In this document: positions 1 to 11,800 of the stretch, in pieces | Layout of the letters: each line of letters opens with the position of its first letter | Position numbering within the stretch: position 1 is the stretch's first letter | From: Monocercomonoides exilis PA203 | Taxonomy: Eukaryota > Protista > Preaxostyla | Assembly: GCA_001643675.2 (NCBI GenBank) | Contig: LSRY02000008.1 | Span: forward strand, 1,240,001 to 1,304,000 | Reading direction: 5' to 3' | DNA length: 64,000 nt | The notes under the pieces: generated by a model | Told to the model about the DNA's origin: nothing | Databases searched by the model: none | What the model saw: only the letters and a program-made list of their open reading frames with translations | Program-made: the position numbers and the translations under genes

Positions 1-942
1 TTGAGTCAAATTTTGACCAGAAATTTGACTAGAACTTTGACTTTGAACAGAATTTTGACTCAAATTTTGAACTTGATTAGAACTTTGACTAGAATTCTGG
101 CTCTGCGCCATCACAGCGACTGGCTGATGAGGAGCAAAGAAAGAGGAAGACAATTCAGAAAAGGAGACCTCCTGTTGCGGATTCAAACCTGCGCTTCGCT
201 CTCTGCCTCTTCTGGACGAGCGGGGCGAGGGACCGACTGTGCTATTGGTGTGCAGATAAGAGGCGGTGGAGGAGTGGAAAAGATGAGAGCGATGGGAATA
301 AGAAGAAGAAGAACGGGGTGAAGAAAGAGAAGAAGAAGAAGAGGAGGAGGAAGAGGAGGAAGAGGAAGAAGAAGAAGAAGGAGAACGAGAAGAAGAGGAA
401 CGAGTTGGAGAAGAAGAAGAAGGGAGGAGAGAAGGAAGAGGAGGAACAAGAGAAGAAGAAGAAGAAGAAGAAGAAGAAGTTTGTTGATTTAAACCTTTCG
501 CATCTTTTCCCTCTTTTCCTTCTTTTTGCAATGAAACTTGATCATTTTTGGAGAATTTGAGGGAAGAAGAAGGAGAAGAATTTCGAGAGGAATTTCGAGA
601 GGAGGAGGAAGAAGAGGAGGAGGAAGAAGAAGAAGGAAAAGAAGGAAAAGAAGAGGAAAAGGAAGAAGAAGAAGAAGATGAAGAAGAAGGATACAGCAAC
701 GAATTGTTCTTCTCCTTTTTGCTGTTTCTCCCTTTTATTTGATAAAACTGGCTTTCCATTTTTCTTCTTCTTTCTCTTTCTCTTTCTCTTTCTTTGCTTC
801 TTCTTCTTCTTTCTTCGATGTCTAATGAACGGGAAGTCAACGAGCCAGAAATGTCTTCTGAATAATCACGCAAGAGGAACGAAGAAGAAGAAGAAGAAGA
901 AGGAGAAGAAGAAGAAGAATTAAATGAAGAAGAACGAGAAGA

Positions 943-973
<31 letters not shown>

Positions 974-1729
974 TGAGAACGAGAAGGAGAAGAAGAAGGA
1001 GAAAGAGAAAGAGAAGAAGAAAGAGAAGAAGAAGAAGAAGAAGAAATAGAATGAGAAGGAGGAGGGAAAGAAGAAGTTAAAGGATCAGTTCTGTGTCTTA
1101 TCAGTTTCTTGGATTCAAAAGAAGAAGAAGAAGAAGAATTAATAGAAGGAGAAAGAGAAAGAGAAGGAGAAAGAGAAGAAGAGGAAGAAGAAGAAGAGGA
1201 AGAAGAAGAATTTAATGAAGAAGAAGAAGGAGGTAGAGGCAAAGGAACATGACTTCTGGGTGAATTTTGAGATTTTCCATATGAAATTCTTTGGTTGTTT
1301 AAGCGAGAAAGACGAGAAGGAGAAGGAGAGGGAGAAGAAGAAGAGGAGGAGGAAGAAGAGGAAGACAAAGAAGATAAAGAAGATAACGAAGAAAGAGGAG
1401 GAATTTTGATTCTGTTTGAAGAAGGAGAAGGAGAAAGAGAAGAAGAAGAAGAAGAAGAAGAAGAAGAAGAAGAAGAATTAGAAGAAGACAAATGTTTTCT
1501 TTTATGCTCTTTCATAAGAATTTCTTGATATCTTGTAAGAGAAGGAGAATGAGAAGGAGAGGAGGAGGAGGAAGAGGAGGAAGAAGAAGAATTAGAACGA
1601 GAAGGAGAAGAAGAGGAAGATAAAGAAGAGGAAGAAAGAGAAGAGGAAGAGGAAGAAGAAGAAGAATTTAACAACTTAATATTTTTATTTGATTGATAAG
1701 CTTTATTTCTTTGAAGTGCTTTTTGAGAA

Positions 1730-1760
<31 letters not shown>

Positions 1761-1894
1761 AACTTGAAGAAGAAGAAAGAGAAAAAGAAGGAGAAGGAGA
1801 AAGAGAAGAAGAAGAAGATAATGATGATGATGTGTTAACCAATGAAATGGTAGCAAAAGGATGAGAAGAAGAAGAAGAAGATGTGGAAGAAAGA

Positions 1895-1926
<32 letters not shown>

Positions 1927-2368
1927 ACAAAAAGGAGAAAGAGAAGAAGAAGAAGAAGAAGAAATATGATTTTGTTTCGAATTTCTGTATTTTTCTTGAA
2001 GCGAAGCATAGGAAGGTTGTTTTGAGGAGGAGGAAGAAGAAGAAGAAGAAGAAGAAGAAGAAGAAGGAGAAGAAGAAATTGAAGAAAAAGGGTGAGGATG
2101 AGGAGGTGTATTAATAGAAGAAGAAGAAGAAGAAGAAGAATTTGAAGAAGGAGAAAGAGGAGAAGAAGAATTAGAAGAGGAGGATGAAGAAGAAGAATTA
2201 AATGGAGAAGAAGAAGAAGAAAGAGAAGAAGAAGAAGAAGAAGAATTAGAAAGAGAAGATTGAGCTAAGAGACGCAAATTGTGAATGCCAGCATATGAAT
2301 GAATGGCTGGGTGAGAAATGTTCATTGGAGAAGAAGAAGAAGAAGAAGGGGAAGAAGAAGGAGAAGGA

Positions 2369-2400
<32 letters not shown>

Positions 2401-5400
2401 AGAGGAGGAAGGAGAAAGAGAAGAAGAATTTGTTTGAGAAGGAGAAAGAGAAGAAGAGGAAGAAGAGGAAGAAGAAGAAATATTAAGAGGAGAAGAAGAA
2501 GTTATTTGAGAAGGAGAAGAAGACAAAGACATATGAAGTGAATCTTGATTCGTATTATTGATTGAAGTGATAGAAGAAGAAGAAGAAGAAGAAGAAGAAG
2601 AAGAAGAATTTAACGGAGAAAGAGAAGAAGAGGGAGAAAGAGAAAGAGAAGAAGAGGAGGAAGAAGAATTTAATGGAGAAAGAGAAGAAGAAGAGGAAGA
2701 AGAAGAAGCAAGATTTTTAGCAGAAGCCATCTGTTGCTTCAACAAATCGATGCGAAGAGGCGAAAATTTGAACGATTCCTTGTTCTCTATGGAATTATAT
2801 GGAAGATTATTGCTTTTATTATCATTTTTATTTTCTTCTTTGTTTTCTTCTTCTTCTTCTTCTCTTTCTCTTTCTCTTTCTCCTTCTCTTTCTCTTTCTC
2901 TTTCTCTTTCTCCTTCTTTTTCTTTATCATTTTGATCTTTTTCTCTATCTTTTTCTCCATCTCCATCTTCTTTCTTCTTCTTCTTCTCTTTCTCTTTCTT
3001 TTCTTCTTTCTCTTTCTCTTTCATTGCATTTTCTATCAATTTCTTTTTATTTCTCTTTGTCTTCTTCTTCTGATTGGAAGAAGAAGAAGAAGAAGAAGAA
3101 GAAGATGATGATGATGAATTCACAGAAATATTCATTGATTGCTCTATTGGATGAAGAGAAAGAGAAGAAGAAGAAGGAGAAAAAGAAGGAGAAGAAGAAA
3201 TTAATGAAGAAGAAGAAGAAGAAGGAGAGGAAGAAGAAACAGATGAAGAATTTACAGAAGAAGATGAAATTTGAGAAGGAAAAGAGGAGGAGGAAGAAGA
3301 AGAATTTTCATTAAAATCAGAAGAAGAAGAAGAAACAAACGAAGAAGAAACAAACGAAGAAGAAGAAGAAGGAGGAGGAGGAGAAAGAAGAGGAGGAGGG
3401 GTGGGAGAGATAGAGAGGGAGATATCAGAAGCCAATGTTTGACTCCGATTTCTATTGGGAATATCAAAAGAAAGAGAAGAAGAAGAAGAAGAAGAAGAAG
3501 AAAGAGAAGAAGAATTTAAAGGAGAAAGAGAAGAAGAAGAAGAATTTAATGATAAAGAAGAAGGAGGAGGAGGAGAAAGAGAAAGAGAAGAAGAAGAGGA
3601 GGAAGAGGAAGAAGAAGAAGGAGAAGAGGAAGAATTTGAAGAAGAAGAAGAAGAAAGAGAAGACAAAGTGGAAGAAAACAAATCATTATCAGAAGAGAAA
3701 GAAAGAGATGAAAGAGAAGAAGAAGAAGAAGGTGATGAAGAAGAAGAAGAATTAATAGAAGAAATGGAAGAAAGAGAAGAAGAAGAAGAAGAAGCAGGGG
3801 GAAGAGGAAGAGGAAGGGGAAGAGAAGAAGATAATGAAGAAGGTGAAGAAGGAGAAGGAGAAAGAAAAAGAGAAGAAGAAGAAGAAGAAGAAGGAGAAGA
3901 ACTGAAATGGTGGTGATTTTGACATGGATGAGGTGGAGTTGAAAGAAGATTATCATTTTGAAGAGGAAGAGGAAGAGGAAGAGGAAGAGGAAGATGTTGA
4001 TGATGAGGAGAAGAAGAAGGAGAAGAAGAAGGAGAAGAAGAAGGAGAAGAAGAAGGAGAAGAGGAAAGAGAAGAAGAATTTGAAATGAATGATGGTGAAT
4101 TTGACATGGAAGAAGAAGAAGAAGAAGAAGAAGAAGGAGAAGAAGAAGAAGAAGAATTCAATGAAATTCCCCCTTCACCCAACATATTCATTGAATTGGA
4201 TCTTTTATGCATTTCTTTTCCTTCTTTTCCTTCTCTTCCTTCTCTTTCTCTTCCTCCTTTCTTCTTCTTCTTCTTTGCATTAACATTTGATTTCTTTGTT
4301 TGAACTTCTTCTCTTTCTCCTCCTCCTCCTTCTTCTTTTGTCAATTTTACATGTTTCATGTCATTTTGATTTGACATGTCTGTTTTCAACTGAGTTGCGG
4401 AATTATCTCCGGAAAAAATGGAACGGCCCCGAACGGGGGAATTTATTTTTGGTGAATTTTTTATTTTTGAATTATTTGAAGAAGAGGAAGAAGAAGAAGA
4501 AGAACGAGAAGGAGAAAGAGAGGAAGAAGAAGAGGAAGAAGAACGAGAAGGAGAAATTGAAATGTTCAAGTTATTTGGAGAACAAGCTTCAGTGAAGATT
4601 GGAAGATTATGCAGAAGTTGACCTTGTTGAGAAGAAGAAGAAGAAGAAGAAGAAGAATAAAAAGAAGAAGAATTTGAAAAACATATTTCTTTTTCTTCTC
4701 TTTCTTCTTCTTCTCTTTCTCTTCCTCTTCTTTCTTCTTCTTCTCTTTCTCTTCCTCTTCCTCCTCTTCCCCCCTTTCCCTTTCCTTTTCTCTTTCTCTT
4801 TCCTTCTCTAATAATCCTTCTCGCTAATTCATTCATCATCTTCTTCAGTATCAGTTTCTCTTTCATTTCCTGAAGAAGAACCGAATCTCTGTCTATTTCA
4901 TATAGTTTGAGTGCTACTTCTGCTGGAATAAGAGAAGGATCTAATGGTGATGATGAAAGAGAAGAAGAAGAAGAAGAAGAAGAAGAAAGAGAAGAAGAAT
5001 TAAATGAAGAAGAATTTTGAGGAGAAAGAGAAGAAGAAGGAAAAGAAGAAGTAGGAAAAGAAGAAGAGGAAGAAGGAAGAGGGGAAGAAAAAGGAGAAAG
5101 AGAAGAATTCAGAGAAGAAGAAAGAAGATGAGATGTTGATTTAACTGAATTTTGAGAAATGTCTGTGATTTCCATATGATTTTCATTATTTTCTTTCTTC
5201 TTATTCTTCTTCTCATTAACATCATCATTTTCTTCTTCTTCTCTTTCTTCTTTCTGTTTTTCTTCTTCTTCTTTCTCTTTCTCTTCTTCTTCTTCTCTTT
5301 CTCCCTCTTCTTCTTCTTCTTCTTCCTTCTCTTTCTTTTTCTCTATTTTATTCTTCTCCACCACATAATTGATCGAAGCAATAAGTTCATTGCGATATTT

Positions 5401-6436
5401 CTTGTTTTCCTCAATAAGTTCATCTATTTGAGAGAGAGAAAGAGAAGAAGAAGAAGAAGAAGAAGAAGAAGAAGAAGAAGAAATAAACGAAGAAGAAGAA
5501 TTAAATGAAGAAGAAGAAGAATTTAATGGAGAAGGAAGAGGAGAAGAGGAAACAAATGAAGAAGAAGGAGAAGAAAAATTTATTTGAGAAGGAAAAGGAG
5601 AAGAAGAAGAAGATGGAGAAGAGGAAAACAATTGAGACGAATTCAATGGAGAAGAAGAAGAAGAAGAAGAAGAAGAAGAAGAAGAAGAAGAAGAAGAAGA
5701 AGAAGAAAGAGAAGAAGAAGATGAAGAAAGAGAAGAAGAAGAAGAATTAAATGAAGAATAATCATTAATTGGTGTCGATAAAATATCACGAGAAGAAGGA
5801 GAAAGAGAAGAAGAAGAATAAGAATTTAATGGAGAAGAAGGAAAAGGAGAAAGAGAAGAAGAATTAAATGAAGAAGGAGGAGGAGGAGAAGAAGAAGAGG
5901 AAGACGCAGAAGAAGAAGAAGAAGAATGAACAACTTTAGAAAGAAGAGAAGAAAACAAAATATTATTATTATTATTATTATTAAATAGATGATGATGATG
6001 ATGAGGAGGAGGAGGAAGAGGAGAAGAAGAAGAAGAAGAAGGAGGAGGAGGAGGAGGGGTATAAAATTGATTAAATGAAGAATTAGACTGAGAAAGAGAA
6101 GAAGAAGAAGAAGAAGAAGAAAGAGAAAGAGAAGAAGAAGAATTAATTTCTTCTTTCCTTTCCTTTTCTTTTCCTTTAACATCTTCTTCTTTCTCTTTCA
6201 AAATTTCTTCTTCTTCTTCTTCTTCTCTTTCTCTTTCTCCCTTTTTCTCTTTCTCTTTCTCCTCTTCTTTCTCTTTCTCCTTCTTCTTCATTGAAATATC
6301 AATTTTTGGTGTGTTTATCACTGAAACTAATGTGTCTACTAATATTCGATCTATTTCTTCTTCTTCTCTTTCTTCTTCTTCTTCTTCTTCTTCTTTTATT
6401 TCTTCTTCTCTTTCTCTTTCTTCTTTCTCTTCCTCT

Positions 6437-6474
<38 letters not shown>

Positions 6475-8809
6475 AATTGATTGTAAATTATTTATTTTTA
6501 TTCCTCCTCTAAAAAGAGAAGAAGAAGAAAGAGAAGAAGAAGAAGAAGAATCATTTTCTCTGTATAATTTCTTCTTCTTCTTTGTCATTTTCTTCTTCTT
6601 CCTCTTCTCCTTCTCTTCATGTTCCTTCTCTTTCTTCTTCTCTTCTTCTTCTCTTCCTCTTTCTCCTTCTCTTTCTCTTCTTTCTCCTTCCCTTCTTTCT
6701 CTTTCTCTTTCTCTTTCTCCCTCTCCCTCTCCCTCTCCCTCTCCTTCTTCCCCTTCTTCTTCTCCTTCCTCTTCTGTCTTCACCAACAGCCTCACTGTGT
6801 CTTCATCAGCTTCTATTCCATCCACCTCCTTCGCCAATATCTTCAACAAAACCCCTTCTTCTTCCCCAAAAAAGAAAGAAGATGGCAGCTTTAACCCGAA
6901 GTACCTCACCATCGCATTTATCTGCATTTTGCTTAAGCTCACTTCCCTTTTTAATTCTTCTATGATTTCTTTGTAATGCGAAACATGCTGCGAAATCGTT
7001 ATTTTGTTGATTTTAACCTCCGTTTTTTGGATATTTTTCGCTCTGGCTGCATATTTCAGTGTGTTTTGGACTTCTTCATAGCACAAAGCAGATGAAGAAA
7101 CGGTCGCAATCATTACAGTTTTCGTGTTTCCGCCCAAGGAATCTTTCAAAAGACGTGTTAATTTGCTGTCTCGATAGGGTATGAATGAAGTAGAAGAAGA
7201 AGAAGAGGAAGAGGAGGAGGAGGAAGAAGAAGGATAAGCAGAAGAAGGACGAGAAAGAGAAGAAGAAGAAGAAGAAAATGATGATGATGAAGAAGCAGGC
7301 GATGTCATAGGCCTTCCTCCTCCTCTTTGTCCTCTTTCTCCTCCTCCTCTTCCCGTTCCTAACCCTCCTCTTCTTCCTTCTCCTTCTCCTTCTCTTTCAT
7401 TCTTCTTCTTCTTCTTCTTCTTCTCGTTCTGCAAGCTCTGTGCCGCCAACGCATTTATGCAGTTCCCCAGCGCCAACAGCGACTTGTTAATGTTTGCCCC
7501 TTCCAACATCCGCATCCCTTTGTTCGTAGTGCCCTCGGCTCTTTCGGAACCCGCTAAATCAATCATGTTCAGCTTCCCCATCAAAACATCTTCAATCACA
7601 TCCCGTTTCTTCAACCTTGACTGGACCCTTATCGTCAGCACAGCGTGCGAACGAGAAGAAACCACATTTCTGTCTGTCGAAGCCATCTTCCTTCGCATAT
7701 TCCCTTCTTTGATAATCCTGTGGATTTGCTCGACGTTTTCCACTTCAACTTCTGTTACGCCGCTGATAAACACACCTCCATTCGGATCTTCGCGAATATC
7801 CAAGGAAGGCGATTGCTGGCTCCACATTTGACTGAGATGCGAGGGGGAGAAGGGGAGAGAAGAAGAAGAAGGAGAGGAGGAAGAGGAGGAAGAAGAGGAG
7901 GAGGAGGAGGAAGAAGAAGAAACAAAAAATTCATCAGCAGGGATAACAACAGGCTGAAGAGGGGTATGAACATTCCGTGTGGGGACAAAGCTATGAGGAG
8001 AACGCTTTGCAAAGGGATCATTGAAGAAAGATGAAGGATCATTGGAAGACTTGCCAAGCTGATAGGAATTTGAGTCTGGAACACGTGATGTTGAGGCAGA
8101 GCGCAAAGATAATGGGGCAGAAGAAGGCCTTCGAAGAAGATCTTTCACTTGCTCGTTGTATATTTCGATGAAGCTCACGGACACGATATACGACCTGTTG
8201 GACACATCTTCGTTTATGTGCTCAAATATTTGCTCAGATGCATATGTATACAGTCCCTTAACATCCTTCGCAATCCCTGAAAGCAAAGAACCCATCATCG
8301 TGTAGGTTTTTCCAGAACCAGTCATTCCGTAACAAAAACATGTTGCATTGTACCCTTCCAATGTTCGTTTTACAAGTGGAGCAGTTGTTACCCGATAGAC
8401 CTGATGAATTTTATATTAAATAGAAAAATAATGTCCCAAAAAAAATCGAAAATTTTGTGAAATTTTAATTAAAATTTTTGAATAAAAAAATTTAATGAAT
8501 ATAGAAAATAAAATAACAAACATCAATATTCGTTGCATTTTCATCAAAAGCAGCATCAAAGGCATATGATTTTTCATGTCTCACACGCTCAACTTTTGAA
8601 TCTGCTCCTTCGTTTGGGTCAAGTAAAAAAACAACATTATCCTGAATTCGTAGAATTGTCGGGTTTCTGAATTTCGCCTGTGCTTTTATTTCTTTTTCAA
8701 ACAAAGGACGACTCCTGACGACAACTCCAATGGAACCATCTATTTCTAGAACTTTTTTCTCTTCTTCCGCATAGCCTTGTTTGGAATCAGTTGATTCTTG
8801 TTGATCCAT
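1..8809 (-). CDS. Kinesin-8 family (KIF18/KIF19-like) motor protein with huge low-complexity tail; exon 1 8809-8522, intron 8521-8401, exon 2 8400 to <1 (3'-partial, >2890 aa)
   Basis: Manual translation: MDQQ...GVVVRSRPL...LLDP...EKSYAFDAAFDENATNID|VYRVTTAPLVKRTLEGYNATCFCYGMTGSGKTYTM (P-loop), SFIEIYNEQVKDLL, LDIREDP, NVVSSRSHA (switch I), KLNMIDLAGSER (switch II), EGANINKSLLALGNCINAL, FIPYRDSKLTRLLKDSLGGNTKTVMIA, NTLKYAARAKNI. The frame checked at many points stays the same down to base 1, which explains its absence from the ORF track (no stop within the window). Confidence 0.92.
8401..8521 (-). other. 121-nt spliceosomal intron in the kinesin gene
   Basis: Minus strand begins GTTTGT at 8521 and ends TTCATCAG at 8401; very AT-rich. 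Removal joins ...ATNID to VYRVTT..., restoring the conserved kinesin motor sequence in frame. Confidence 0.9.
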
Positions 8810-8896
8810 CGGAAGAATGACGCAGAATGACTGCGTAAAGTTCAACAGATTTACCCGTAACTTCTATTTTTATAAACCTTAATTAAATAATTTCTG
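8810..8896. promoter_or_regulatory. 87-bp divergent (bidirectional) intergenic region between the kinesin and Vps41 start codons
   Basis: Kinesin ATG at 8809 (minus) and Vps41 ATG at 8897 (plus); AT-rich with TATAAA at ~8871. Promoter function is inferred from the geometry only. Confidence 0.55.
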
Positions 8897-11800
8897 ATGC
8901 AAAATCTTCCAGAAAATGAAACTGAAGAAGATGCTGAGGAAATTGAACCGTTGTTAAAATATAATTTTTATCCATTATCATTTTTCGTTGATCCGCGTTC
9001 GCGGGCTACATGCATTTACTTCAATCAAGGATTGACTGTTATAGGATCTTCTGATGGCTTTGTTTATTGGATAAATCGACAAAATGTCAAGATAAGACAA
9101 GCAAGAGTGAGCACAGATCCTATTAATGATGTTACAATATCAGATGATTTGCATGTTGGAGTTGCAACGCAAGATGGACAAGTGATTGTTCTGCATCACA
9201 CAGAAGATAATGCAATCATAAAGCATCAATTTCAACGTCCAATGATAGCCGTTGCGCTTCATCCAAATTTTAAATCTAAGAAAGAGCTTTTTTGCGGTGG
9301 AATGGAACAGAAGCTTCTTCTCGTTTCAAAAGGTTTATTTAAAACAAGCGTTAAAGAAATTGCAAGCATGGAAGGAGAAATTATGAATATTAAATGGAAT
9401 GGAAGATACATTGCATGGGCTAATTCTACAGGTGTTCGAGTTTATGATTATGAGAAACAAGGCGTCATTGCAAAACTTGGAATGTTCAGACCTGAGCAAA
9501 AAATGTGGACCAAAATATATCCTTTCAGTTTGAGCTGGTATGGTTCAGATACACTGCTAATTGCGTGCGCAAACAGAATCGTCGTGTACCGAGTGTTTGA
9601 AAACCCAGACGAGCACCAACGATTAGCCACTGTACTTCACCAAATTGATCAACTTGATTTTATTGTGTGTGGGATCACACCACTTGTTAATAACAGCGTT
9701 GCCATTTTGTGTCTCTTTGAGCCCGAAACGCCTCAAACGCCCTTCGATCCCCCCGAATTGCGAGTCGTTCAGTTAGATCAGCTGCCTCAAGGAGCAGTTA
9801 CATTAGACCAGTTATTGGCAGCGGAAAAGGCGTGTGATCAATTAGCATTGGAAGGGACACAGAATTTTGGACCGAGGGATTATAAGCTGGTGAATGGGGT
9901 GGTTATGATGATGATGAATGCAAATACGACGATGAATACGAATGTGAATGAAAGAGAAAATAGAGGAGAAAATAGAGGAGAAACGGGAGGAGGAGGAGAA
10001 AGAAGTGGAGGAGGAGGAGGAGGAGGAGGAGGAGAAAGAGGTAATAATAATAATAATTCGAATGTTAATTCATTTCAGTCTTCTTCTTCTTCTTCTTCTT
10101 CTTCTAATTCTAATTCTTCTTCTTTAAACAATTCATTGTCTTCATCTTCTTCTTCTTCTTCTTCTCCATTTCAATCTAATTCTTCCTCTTCCTCTTCCTC
10201 TTATTCTTCTTCTTCACCTCAATCATCATCTTCTCCTTCCCCTCTTCCTTCTTCTCTTTCTTCTTCTTCTTCTTCTTCTTCTCCCTCCTCCTCTTCTCCC
10301 CCTTCTTCTTCTCCTCCTTCTCCTCTCCCCATCATGACCCTCTTCATCCTCTCACCGCACATGCGCCTCTCTGCCCAGCAGATCAACACAGACGACCACC
10401 TCCTCTGGCTCATTTCCCGCAGAAGATTCAAAGAAGCGCTAAAAGAAGCAACTTTAGCCAATGAAAAGTACCCTGGTCTGTTGAAAAATGTGAACATTGA
10501 AGAAATTATAGCGGCTTATCTGCAGTTTGCAATGCAGACGAAGCAGTTTGATGTTGCTATTCATTTAGCCACGGCACACAAACATCATTTTTACATTCGG
10601 AGAAATATCCCATTATTTCAGTCCCTCATCCGGCATCTTATCTCCGCGGAGAAACTCGAGGCCCTCGGAGAAATACCGCTGGACGAGCCGAGGTTGAGCA
10701 AGGAAACATACGCAGCCGTGTTAAATTACTATTTCTCGCATTCTCCAGTCAGATTTGACAAGGAAGTGACAAGAATTCCGACTGAATATTTTGATGTTTC
10801 GCTTGTGGTGAGGCAGATAACAGCAGGAGAAGAGCTTAAAAGGGAAGTGGAGGATGTGGTGAGGGAAGGGCAGAGGTTGGTGGGGTTGATAGAGAGAGAA
10901 AAAGAGAAGGAGAAAGAGAAAGAAAGGGAGAAAGAGAAAGAGAAAGAAAGCGAAATGAATAAAATGATTAATAATAATAATAATAATAAATATACTTCTT
11001 CTTCTTCTTCTTCTTCTTCTTATCCATACCAATATCAATATCAATCAAATTCATCATCATCATCATCCTCTTCTCTTTCTTCTTCTTCTCTTTCTTCTTC
11101 TTCTCTTTCTTCTTCTTCTTCTTCTCCTTCTTCTCTTTCTCCTTCTTCTCTTTCTCCTTCTTCTCTTTCTCCTTCTTCTCTTTCTCACCAGTTAATTTCC
11201 CTCTTTCTCCGCCTTCGCTCCACAAACATAGGAAATGATGAAAAGCACACGATTTTTGGCCGAAGTGTCAGCAAATTTGGAAGAATCCTGGCAAAAACAA
11301 AGGATTTCATTGAAATCCAGCTGAAAAAGATGGACGAGCTGATGAAAGGGAGGCTGGAGGAGATGCAAGAGAAAGAAGAAGAGGAGAAGGAAGAGAAAGA
11401 GAAAGAGAAGGAGGTTGATGATGAGAAAGAGAAAGATACAGATAATTCTAAAAATTCACTTCAAAATAATACTTCTTCTTCTTCTTCCTCTTCTTCTAAT
11501 TTAAATTCTTTTTCTCCTTCTTCTTCCTCTCCTTCTTCTCCTTCTTCCTCTTCTTCTTCTTCTTCTTCTCTTTCTTCTTCTTCTTCTTCCTCTTCTTCTT
11601 CTTCTCCTTCTTCCTCTTCTCCTTCTCCTTCTCCTTCTTCTTCTTCTTCTTCTTCTTTTTCTTCTTCCTCTTCTTCTTCTTCTCCCTGTGTCTTCTGTGG
11701 CGACTTGAGCGAGTCTGAGTTCCATTTCATTCGAGATCAGATAGCCAAAGGCGCTTATGGTGGCATACCTTTCTCTAATTCTTCTTCTTCTTCTTCTTCT

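Noticed and set aside
1-8084. Dozens of short poly-K/E/R/L/F ORFs in the ORF track
   Set aside because: They are alternative-frame or antisense readings of the GAA/TTC tracts of the single kinesin CDS; their frames are all consistent with one minus-strand poly-Ser frame.
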